Shown piece by piece: positions 25,719 through 37,600 of a stretch of DNA of 64,000 nt. Position 1 is the first letter of the stretch. Each line of letters begins with the position of its first letter. A program made the position numbers and the translations under genes. Origin of the DNA: Octopus sinensis. Its lineage: Eukaryota. The notes under the pieces are model-generated. The model saw only the letters and a list, made by a program, of their open reading frames with translations, had not been told where the DNA came from and searched no databases. The DNA lies in assembly GCF_006345805.1 (NCBI RefSeq), contig NC_043020.1, positions 6,262,001 to 6,326,000 of the forward strand, read 5' to 3'.

Positions 25719-28304
25719 GGCAAAATTGTTAGACAATTGAGAAACATTGCTCGGCAGCATTTCTTCCTGATTAATTGTTTCAAGTTCAAATGCTGATAAA
25801 GTCAACTTTGCCTTTCAACTTTTTTAGGATCAATAGACTAAGTACCAGTTGCGTACTGAGGGATGATGCAAATGACTCCCTTCTCCCCTCAAATTGCTGG
25901 CCTTGTGCCGAAAATTAGAAGCAATTATCGTTGTTGTTGTTGTTTCAATTGCGGTACCGTTATATTTAATGTTGCAGGTTTCCTTTGCAATTAGAGAATG
26001 GTCAAACAGTTGAATGCACCGTATCAAGGTATTTCTATGATAGATACAAGATGAAATTGCAGTGAGTATATTTACGCTTTTAAGATGTGTGAGTGTATAT
26101 GTCTCTGTATTCAAGTGTGTATGTTTGTGTGATCCTGTGTATATATAAAGTCAGTAAATGGTGGGGTTGTGTTAACTGCACGTGGAGAAATGACAGGAGA
26201 GGAAAAAATAATAAGGCAGAATGCTAAATTGAAAGTAAATTTTAATAAAAATGGGTGCATGAAAAATTAAAAAAGAAAAAGAAATCAAACCAGCTTTCAT
26301 TGCAAGGCAAATTTTCAAGATTTGGAAGAGGAAAAAATTTTTTTTAAACTGAGGAAGGATGAAAAACAAAAGTTAATAAATAAGTATACCAGTATATTGT
26401 TGAGTCTTTATGTTTTTAGTGTTCAATATTAGTCCTTGGAAAAACTTCTTTGGAGGATTAGGATACATGTGTTTAAGTGTAGTGTTTTGTTTGAAAAGGT
26501 TTGAACTCTAAAAGCATAAAGACACTACAATGTATCGGTATACTTATTTATTAACTTTTGTATACATTTGTTATTTTTTGAAAAAAACATTGTAAATTTC
26601 TTTTTTCCTCTTCCTCAATTTAAAAAAATTTTTTTTCCCTTTCCAAATCTTGAAAATTTGCCTTGCAATGAAAGCTGGTTTGATTTCTTTTTTAATTTTT
26701 CATACACCATTTTTATTAAAATGTACTTTCAATTTAGCATTCTGCCTTATTATTTTTTCCTATCCTATATATATATATATATACATATGTCGTGATGATG
26801 ATGATATATATATTTCGTTTTTGGATTTGGTTTGCAAGATTCTTTATATGAGTTCGTGTGTTGAAGCATATTCTGTTGTGTCTGGGGAGAGTCATTTTAT
26901 TTTGGTGCCTTATAATGTAACACACTCACCGGTAAAATTTCCACTTATTTCTTATTTTTATTTTCCTAAAATTTTCTTTGCACCTTGCAACCTTTTCAAT
27001 AGAGAATCAAGATTATTGAAAAGGTTGCAAGATGCAACAAAAATTTTAGGAAAATAAAAATAAGGAATAAGTGGAAATTTTACCGGTGAGTGTGTTAAAT
27101 TATAAGGCACAAAAAGAAAATGACTCTCCCCAGACACAACAGAATATATTTAAGTTAAGTTAAGTTTTGGGCTCAAAAAGCAAAAAGCAAGTTTTAGGGA
27201 TGCTGTCAAAAGCAACCTTAAGGCTCTTAATGTGAAAGCTGAAGACTGGGAGCAGATGATGCAAGATCGATCAGTTTGGAAACAAATGATCTACAATAGA
27301 TGTAAAGCATTTGAAGCTCAAAGAATTGAACAATCTATCTTGAAACGAGCACTTCGTAGACAGGACTTAACTACAATCCCTGACACTTTTCTGCTTAGAA
27401 ATATTTGTAAGATCTGCAGTAGAGTTTGTTTGTCCAAAGCTGGACTTGCTAGTCATATAAGATCTCATGACAGTGTTTATTAATTGAAGAGATGGCCTTC
27501 ATCTGTAAAGAAGTGGCAATTGTCATCATATATGTGTGTGTGTGTGTGTGTATGTATTGGGTTGTGCGTTTCATGTATGTTATGTGTATGAGTTTGTATG
27601 TTCGTGTGTGTGTATGTTATGAGTATAGGTTTGTGTGTCCATATGTGTGTATGTATACTTATATTGTTTTTGTGTTCACGTGTGTTTATATATGCGTATG
27701 GGTTTGTATGTTCGTGTGTGTGTGTGTTTGTACTTGTTTTCATGTAAACCTATACTTGTGTGTGTGTGTGTGTGTATTTATTTTTGTGTATATATGTATG
27801 TAATTTTCATGTAAATATCTTTGTGTGTGTATATATTTTCGTATACGTAAGTAATTGTATGTGTATGTATTTGTCTTCCTGTTTCTATGCATTTCTCCGC
27901 ATTTTGTGTGTGTGTGTGTGTGTGTGTATGTATGGGTTTGTGTGTTCATATGTGTATTTTGAAGCAGGCATGTGTATTTATGTTCCTCTGTGTATGTGTT
28001 TGTGTTTTCATATATATATATAGCAATTAAGGGTAAAACTAATTAATTACGAAGTAATCAATAAATTTCACCAAGTAGAATTCGGTATGAAAACAGGACC
28101 GTTATATGGTAAATTCTAGTAATACTAAATATTGAGGGGTCAGCAAAAGAAATGCATCACCGCATACCAAAGTTCAGAAATAGCAGCCAAAATCTAAGCC
28201 ATTTCTTCTACTTAAAAAAGTAGAAGAAATGGCTTAGATTTTGGCTGCTATTTCTGAACTTCGGTATGCGGTGATGCATTTCTTTTGCTGACCCCTCAAT
28301 ATTA

Positions 28305-28337
<33 letters not shown>

Positions 28338-28504
28338 GGAGTAAACACATAAATGTGAAACAAGGTGGAAAAAAAGAGTACTCAAATACCAGTGGTAGAG
28401 TAATATGCTTTATTTAAAGCAGCGGGAAATTCAACAAAACCTGTTACTCTAAGTTTCATGTCCCCGTTCGTCGGACAGTTTTTGTTATATGTCAATTCTA
28501 TCCA

Positions 28505-28539
<35 letters not shown>

Positions 28540-29173
28540 CGGAGTAAACACATAAATGTGAAACAAGGTGGAAAAAAAGAGTACTCAAATACCAGTGGTA
28601 GAGTAATATGCTTTATTTAAAGCAGCGGGAAATTCAACAAAACCTGTTACTCTAAGTTTCATGTCCCCGTTCGTCGGACAGTTTTTGTTATATGTCAATT
28701 CTATCCAGACATATATATATTTGTGTGGGTGTGTATAAGTTTGTGTTCATATATGTATTTATGCATGTGTGTGTATGTGTATATGCATTTGTGTGAGTGT
28801 TTAATATGGTAGCTCGTTATTGTAAAGATTTTAAACTATACCTTCGTTTTTCTTTCTCTCTTCAGGTATCCCCATTTACCATGTCTTCAAGTGGGTCAAG
28901 AACAAAAACATACTTATCTCCCCTTAGAAGTAAGTACTCTCCTGGTAGTGCCAAAATTTGAAACCAACATTTATTGTTAGCATGCCAAGCAAAATGCTTT
29001 GTGGCATTTTGTCCACCTTTATTTTGTCCACCTCATTTCTACAGATGGGTGAATTGGAGCAACGTGAAATAAAGTGTCTTGCTGAAGAAGACAACACACA
29101 GATCAGTCTGAGAATTGAACTCACTACCTTACGGTTGTGAGCCAAATGCTCTAACCACTGAGCCACGCACCTT

Positions 29174-29215
<42 letters not shown>

Positions 29216-32200
29216 AAATCACGTGACCGACCAGACTGATCACAATACACTTTACATTGTTTTCTTTTTAGTGTTCAAATGATGCTGCCCCACTGGCTAG
29301 GCATGCAGGTCAACATTCCCCATGATCAAAGGGTTACTCATTTACTTCTGAGTGGAAGGGAACTTCACAGTCAATGTCAACAACATTCTTGTATAAAAAT
29401 AGATAAATTTGTACTCTACAAAAGTATAGAGTAAACCATCAGATTCGTGTAAAATTATGTCATATTTCAGTAGAACAGAATTTAAAGTAAAGGATTTTCT
29501 TTTTATTTATTTTCTTTCTTTTCTTTTGCCACTGAAGGTTTGTAACATAGTTGGTGGACAGAGATGTATAAAGAAGCTCACTGATATGCAAACATCCACA
29601 ATGATTAAGGTAAGTCGTCTTTGTTTACTCATGCCTTTGTAGAAAAGTGAATGCGTCCTCTTATATTACCATCATCATCATCATTTAATGTCTGTTGTCC
29701 ATGCTGGCATGAGTTTGATGGTTTGACCAGGGCTGGGGAGCTGCCCCATTTCCAGTCTGATCTGTTTCTACAACTGGATGCCCTTCCTAATGCCAACCAC
29801 TCCGAGAGTGTTATGGGTGCTTTTAAGTGCCACCAGCACAAGTGCCATTTGCATGACACCAGTATCTGTCACGACTCCAATTCTACTTGGCTTGATGAGT
29901 CTTCTTCTCAAGCACAAAATAATGCCAAAGTCTCAGTCATTGCCTCCATGAGGCCCAACACTTGAAACGAGCTAAAAGATTAATAAACCTGGGCAAAACG
30001 AAGTAGAGCCGCTAGTTATAGATCATCAACATCATCGTTTAATGTCCTCCTTCCATGCTGGCATAGGTTGAATGGTTTGACAAGAGCTGGCCAAACAGGA
30101 GCCTGTGCCATGCTTCTGTGTCTGTTTTGGCATGGTTTTTAAGGCTGGATAATCTTCCTAACACCAGCCACCCCATAGAGTGGACTTTTTACATGGCACC
30201 AGCACAGGCGAGGTCAGTTTTGGCATGGTCTTTATGACTGGATACCCTTCCTAAAACCAACCACCCTGCAGAGCCGATTCAGTGCTTTTTGCATGAAACC
30301 AACACAGGCAAGGTTAGTTTTGGCATGGTCTTTACGACTGGATGCCCTTCCAAATGCCAACCACTTCACAGTGTGGACTGAATGCTTTTAACATGGCTTA
30401 GTTATTTTCAGTGTTTGTCATTGCTGCCCCTTGATGTCCACAGTCTCACCCCAATACTCTACTTACATTTGTACATCATTTGATGTTGTCATGACAACCC
30501 TCCCATCCAATTTGTTTTCTCTCCTTGTCAAAAGTCTTTGTTTGTTATTTATATTTTGTCTTTCTTTTGTTCTACAGGCCACAGCCCGATCAGCCCCTGA
30601 CAGAGAACGGGAGATCAATAGCTTGGTAAAGTATCTGGCAGACTTCTTCACAATTATTGCAATATTGGAATCTCTTTCTTTTCTTTCTTTTTTTTTTCTT
30701 TTTGTTTTGTCTTTAAATAACAAACGTAACCATTTCATTCATTCTCTAACGATGCTTGTTGTAGCATCAAATATTTATTTGTTATTTTTGCTTTGTTTAT
30801 TTTTTTCCCCCACTGTATATATTTATCTCGGGCTGTCCAGATTCTGTAAGCAGTCCTTTGGAAATGAGAATATTTCAGTAGATAGTTGGAGTGTAGGTAA
30901 AAAAAAGAGGAAGACCAACAAAGAATTGCTATGGATGTTGGGAATGGTGTTGGTGATAAATGTTTCATAGAGAAACGGGATGAAATGGTTCAGTCATGTG
31001 CTCAAGAAAAATGAAAGGGAGTTGGTGAAATGGAAGTTGATGAAAATAAATACGGCAGGAAGTAGGAGAGCAAGAAAGACAAAAAAGGGTTAAAGAGAAC
31101 AATATCTACTAGTTTACTAAAGTACACCAGTTAGCACAGATGGTGTAACCAACTATTTTATCTCATTGGATTCTGCAGAGGTATCTCATGAACATAGGTG
31201 TCCCATTGCAACTATATTAAAAAGGCGGCGAGCTGGCAGACACGTTAGCGCGCCAGGCGAAATGCTTAGCTATATTTCATCTGCCGTTATGTTCTGAGTT
31301 CAAATTCCGCCGAGGTCGACTTTGCCTTTCATCATTTCAGGCTCGATAAATTAAGTACCAGTTACGCACTGGGGTCGATGTAATTGACTTAACCTCTTTG
31401 TCTGTCCTTGTTTGTCCCCTCTATGTTTAGCCCCTAATGGGCAATAAAGAAATATATATTAAAAAGCGGGGTAGATGGATAGTGTGTTTTTAAAATAAAT
31501 GAGGTGTGGGTCATGAATATAACACCTCTGGTTTCTGACTAGACAATCCTAACATAAAATAAATAATAAAATAGGTATCATTTTGGGAGGGTCGTAATGC
31601 CAATAATAAATACATGCATTGGTTCAGTTTCACTTCTCTTGTTATTTTTTTTTAGTCAGCTAGTTAACTAATTAACTAATCAGTTGTTTGATTAATCACT
31701 CAGTTAATCAATCAGGGCCCATTCATTACCCTCCTAAGCTTACTATGAGATACTGTTTGATTAATGTAACACCATAGACATATAACGGTTTGTCCCACGA
31801 CTGAAATGGACCCTAATGTCTCCGCTGCATCCTCACATCACTCTCCTAACGCTTCTCCTTCTGTTTCTGCTACCCAGGTGTCTCGAGCTGATTTCTGTGG
31901 CGATCCTTATCTTTATCAATTTGGTGTCAGTGTCAGTACAAAAATGGTGGAGGTCGAAGGAAGAGTAATCGATGCTCCGAAAATTCAATATGGGGGACGG
32001 GTAAGTCAATCGCTTTTCATTGTTAAATTTGCTTTTCTTTTTCTTCTTTTTTTTAGTGTTTACTTTTTTTTTATTGTTACACACACATAGACATATACAT
32101 ACACAAGACAGGCTTCTTTCAGTTTCCATCTATCAAATCCACTCACAAGGCTTTGGTCAAACCAAGTCTATAGTAAAAGACATTTGCCCAAGGTACCATG

Positions 32201-32463
32201 CAGTAGGACTGAACCTGGAGCCATATAGTTGAGAAGCAAGTTTCTTGCCACTCAACCACTCCTGCACCTATATATATATATATATATAGCAAAATTTAGA
32301 TTCAGATGAATATGGTACTTAAGTTAAAAGCACCAGAATTTTGTATGGTATTATCCATATAAATCAAATGGGGTGATTATAATCAAAATAAGCAACAAGG
32401 ATATCCAAGGTAGAGTAGTACAATTGTTTCATGCTACTTCATTTTATTAAACCCTGTAAGTAT

Positions 32464-32495
<32 letters not shown>

Positions 32496-34555
32496 AAATA
32501 TGCTTGGAAGAGAGAAGGTCTCTACAGATGCAATTTGGCTTAATCATAGAAAGATCTGCAAATCTTTTGAGACTACTACAGAAATCAGGTTAGGGACATT
32601 TATAAGCATAACCTGGACTCTAGATGAGAAAATAGCAATTTTAATTTATGTCAGCTGCCTTTCCATGTTAAGAAAAATTTACTCCAAATCTGGACCAAGA
32701 ATTGCACAAGTTGAAAATTTGCTTCCTGGAACATGATTAAGACTAACAACAAAGCAGAGATTTATAAAAGATGACAATATTTTGCTACATTGATAAGTGT
32801 GGCCGTGTGGTTAAGACATTTGCTTCCCAACCACATGGTTTTGGGTTCAGTCCCACTGTGTGACACCTTGGACATGTGTCTTCTACCATAGCCCCTGATC
32901 AACCAGAGCCTTGTAATGAGAATTGGTAGACGGAAACTGAAAGAAGCCCATCCTCCATGTGTGTGTGTGTGTGTGTCCTTGTCTTGACATCATATTATGG
33001 CTGTAAATGAGCATCACTGTCATATAAGCGAGGTTGATCATTTCCAGTCTTCTATGGGAAACATGTTTGGCCATGGGGAAATATTACCTTTTTCAAAAAC
33101 AGGTGAGGATTGGCAACAGGAAGACATCTGCTTTAAATACCACCTGACACATGCAAGTATGGAAAAGTGTCCATTAAAACAACACAGATGATGATGATAA
33201 TAATACAACTATTGTTATTATTAAGGTGGCCAGCTGGCAGAATTGTTAGCATACCAGGCAAAATGCTTAGCGGCATTCTGAGTTCAAATTCCACCGAGGT
33301 CAACTTTGCCTTTCGTCCTTTCAGGATCGATTAAATAAGTACCAGTTATGCACTGGGGTCGATATAATCGAATTAATCCATTTGTCTGTCCATGTTTTTC
33401 CTCTCTGTGTTTAGCCCCTTGTGGGCAATGAAGAAATAAGAATATATTTCAAACTAGCAGCATAGCCCGGCATTTCCCGGGTATGTAAGAGCCCCTGGAG
33501 CAGACATGATGCTCGCTGTGAACTTTTAAAAAATTCCTGCCAATTTGAGAAAGCTATTGTCGAAAATATGTCATCTTGAATTTGAACGCAATTTCCCAAA
33601 ATGGCATGATTTTATCGATTCTTTTTCAGAACTGGGGGAACTTTTCAAAATTTTCGCTGCGTTAGTTTTGAATTATGACATTGGGCTATGTGTGTGTCAA
33701 GTTTCATCAGAATCGGTTGAAAGCCGTGATCAGGGTGAGGGTACAACCTGACGGACACACAGACAGACAAACTGCCGTTTATATAGAGAGAGATATCAAC
33801 CTTGTGACTTTGCGATTCATTTCTGGATTGTCTCACTTATTTTCTGTTGGTTTCTGACTAAAATTGTTAATGTGTGTTTTTGTGATTTCCAGACTAAGGC
33901 CCTTGCAGTACCAAATCAAGGAGTGTGGGATATGCGAGGGAAACAATTCTTTATTGGAATTGAAATCAGAGTATGGGCCATCGCTTGTTTTGCTGCTCAA
34001 AGATCTGTCCGAGAAGAATCATTAAGGTAACTTTTTTTATCTCTTGCTTTGGTGCTTGACCCTTTATATGTTTTGATGTGGGGCCCCTACTATAACACAA
34101 ACATACAAACACGCTTTCTGATGTGAACACTTAATACAGTACACACATGCACACTCACTGATACATTTTTGATTTGCATATCTACAACACACGCACACAC
34201 ACATGCACACACACACACACACACACACACACACCACACACACACATTGAAGCACATCTAACTGGCGCTTCATCAATTACGACAACCAGTGCTCCAGTTG
34301 ATCCAATCAATGGAACAGCTTGCTCGTGAAATTAATATCCAGGTGGTTGAGCACTCCACAGACATACTCTTTTACTCTTTTCAGTCATTTGACTGCGGCC
34401 ATGCTGTAGCACCGCCTTTTAGTCGAGCAAATCGACCCCGGGACTTATTCTTTTGTAAGCCCAGTACTTATTCTATCAGTCTCTTTTGCTGAACCGCTAA
34501 GTGACGGGGACGTAAACACACTAGCATCGGTTGTCAAGCAATGCTAGGGGGACAA

Positions 34556-34606
<51 letters not shown>

Positions 34607-37600
34607 TACGACCGGCTTCTTTCAGTTTCCGTCTACCAAATCCACTCACAAGGCATTGGTCGGCCCGGGGCTATAGTAGAAGACACTTGCCCAAGATGCC
34701 ACGCAGTGGGACTGAACCCGGAACCATGTGGTTGGTTAGCAACCTAAGTCAACTTTGCCTTTCATCCTTCTAAGGTCAATAAAATAAGTACCAGTCGAGC
34801 ACTGGGGCGAAGGTAATTGACTTACCACCCCCTCCCCCGAAATTGCTGGCCTTGTGCCAAAATTTGAAATCAATATTTATTTGTCTAACCCATGCTAGCA
34901 TGGAAAAACAGACATAAAACGAGAGAGCGAACCGAATGTTTCTTGTGTTTTATTACCTGTCATTGTTACAAACAACAGGTAACAACGATGCCTTGTCCCA
35001 GCTTATATGTTCTCTTTGTGCTATGTCTCTTGTAGAAGTTTTACCCAGCAACTCCAGCGAATATCTAACGATGCTGGTATGCCGATCAGCGGACAACCGT
35101 GTTTTTGTAAATATGCTAACGGTCCGGATCATGTTGAACCAATGTTTCGTTATCTGAAGAACACATACCAAGGATTGCAGTTGATTGTGGTGATACTTCC
35201 CGGCAAAACCCCCGTCTATGGTAAGAACTGCTCTTACAGTTTTATCATTCAACTAGCAGTATCGCCCGGCGTTGCTCCGGTTTGTTTCGACCCTTTAGAA
35301 TTGGAATTTTTGAAAAGTAAAAATTTTGCATTATGTAGCTCGTTATTCTCCAAAACCCTTTTGTTACCAATCTGGCCAAAACCGGCTCTGGCTCTGTAGT
35401 ACAAATGTCTTGTTTTCATAAGTTTTGAATTAAAATATTCCACCAAGCCTTAGTCACAATTTACGTTCCTAACACTAGCTTAATGATAACTAAGTTATTT
35501 TACTAAATTATTTGTTATATTTAAAATAATTGAAAGAAACACAGAGCATCTCAAAATAAATACAGTAACGAAAGAGTTAAGTAAACATTTTTCTGGTTGA
35601 AATACACCGAAAAATGGCAACACAGCAGTCAAAAAATCATTAAAAATAGGGATTTTCATAGAAAAAAAAGCACCTTTTTGATGTAAATAATTTTTGGTGT
35701 TAACATGGTCCGATTTGTATTTTTTCTTCTATGGAATGAAGAGCAAGCCTTCTTCTATCATACTCTCAATTTTGGTGAACTTGCGCCGCAGGGTCTCGGA
35801 GGAGATAGTGTTAGTTGAAGGCTACCAAACCTGCTACACACAGACAACTTCAGCTTTATATATATAGAGATTGATGTTGTTGTGCAGCATTTATGTACAT
35901 TTAGTTGGTTCAGTTGCAGTACGTGTTTATCCAAGAAGAACCATATTCCACAGCAGAAGTGTTAAAGCTGCACCCCCTGGCGAAGAGGTTTGACCTGCAA
36001 GAGTCTTGTACTGATGCCAGGTAAAAGACCATCATGTGGCCAATGCTAGTGTTGCATATCTGGCACATAACAAGTACCCTTCAAACTTTGGGTCTCACGG
36101 AGGCAGTGACAAATGACCGAGACCTTTGGCGATACACCGTGCTTGAGAAGACTTGTCAAGCCAAGTGAGATCGTAGTCATGGCTGATGCCTGTGCTTCAT
36201 AACTGGCACCCATGCTGGTGGCCCTTGTAAAGTACCCACCACACTCTCAAAGTGGTTGGCATTAGGAAAGGCATCCAGCTGTAGAAACCTTGCCAAATCA
36301 GATTCGAACCTGGTGCAGCTCACTAGTTTTCAGTCAAACCATCCAACCCATACCAGCATGGAAAACAGACATTAAATAGTAATGATGATGATGTAGGTGT
36401 TATGAAGAAGCACTCATGCAGTACCACATAAAAACACCCAGAATCCTCTGTAAAGTGGTTGGCATGTTAGGAAGGGCATCCAGCTGTAGAAAACCATACC
36501 TAATGAGACTGGGGCCTGGTGCAGCTCTCCGGCTTGCCAGCTCTGGTCAAACCGTCCAGCCCATGGACAACTGACATTAAATGATGACGACGACGACTTT
36601 TCATCTGCAGCTTCAAAGTTTTACCTGTGCAGGTGGGTGAAGTTCATGATAGCTCAACCTCCTAGATATAGCAGCTGAAATCTACTTCCATTCATATTCC
36701 ACCACCTAAGAAAAGATCAAATTGGATAAAATAGTCCAGGATCCTTTGCACATATGGGGAAAACATGGTGTGGTCATGGCTGGAGTGTCTCTGAACTAGA
36801 TCTACTCTGTTATGGTTAACACCTGAGGTTAAGCACCACCACCAACAATAACAACTTGTACTACTCTATAATTCTTCCCACTAGCATAGCTAGAAGGGGG
36901 TAGTCTACCCCGGATGGCACTTTTGGGTCTGCTGTGAGCAATGTGGGATCTTTTCCTTTTGAACGGCAGTTTTCAACACAATTTCTAGTTAACTAAACAC
37001 TTTTAAACTTCGTATACTGGTAGAATGTGTCAAAATAAAACATTTTTTTCTCTTGGCTTTCTTGAGAAAATTGTAATTTGTAAGTTTAACATAGTTTAAT
37101 TTTTCAAATTTTAACCAATCGATGGCCTCTATTGAGCTAAAATCATCTGCTGCATCTAAAACTGAGACAACATCCTTTGATTGGTTGAAGTTCGAAAAAT
37201 TAAACTACGTTAAACTTACAAACTACAATTTTCTCAAGAAAGCCAAGAGAAAAAAAATGTTTTATTTTGACACATTCTACCAGTATACGAAGTTTAAAAG
37301 TGTTTAGTTAACTAGAAATTGTGTTGAAAACTGCCGTTCAAAAGGTAAAGATCCGCAATGTGTATTTTTTGTGGGGGCCGGGGGCGGCAAATTGAAGGGT
37401 CGCTCCAGGCGGCAAACACTCTAGCCATGCTAATGATTCTTCCATAATCTAATGAAATGTCTTGTTTGCTTTTTTATTTTTTTTTATTTTTTTTTTTTTT
37501 TCTAATTACACAGCGGAAGTGAAACGAGTTGGAGACATATTATTTGGCCTGGCAACCCAATGTGTTCAAGCCAAAAACGTTACTCGCACTTCACCCCAAA

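Noticed and set aside
27232-27483. C2H2 zinc-finger ORF as a host transcription factor
   Set aside because: It is a single finger preceded by the RTE ORF2 C-terminal pattern (DWE...DRSVW), so it is a LINE remnant.
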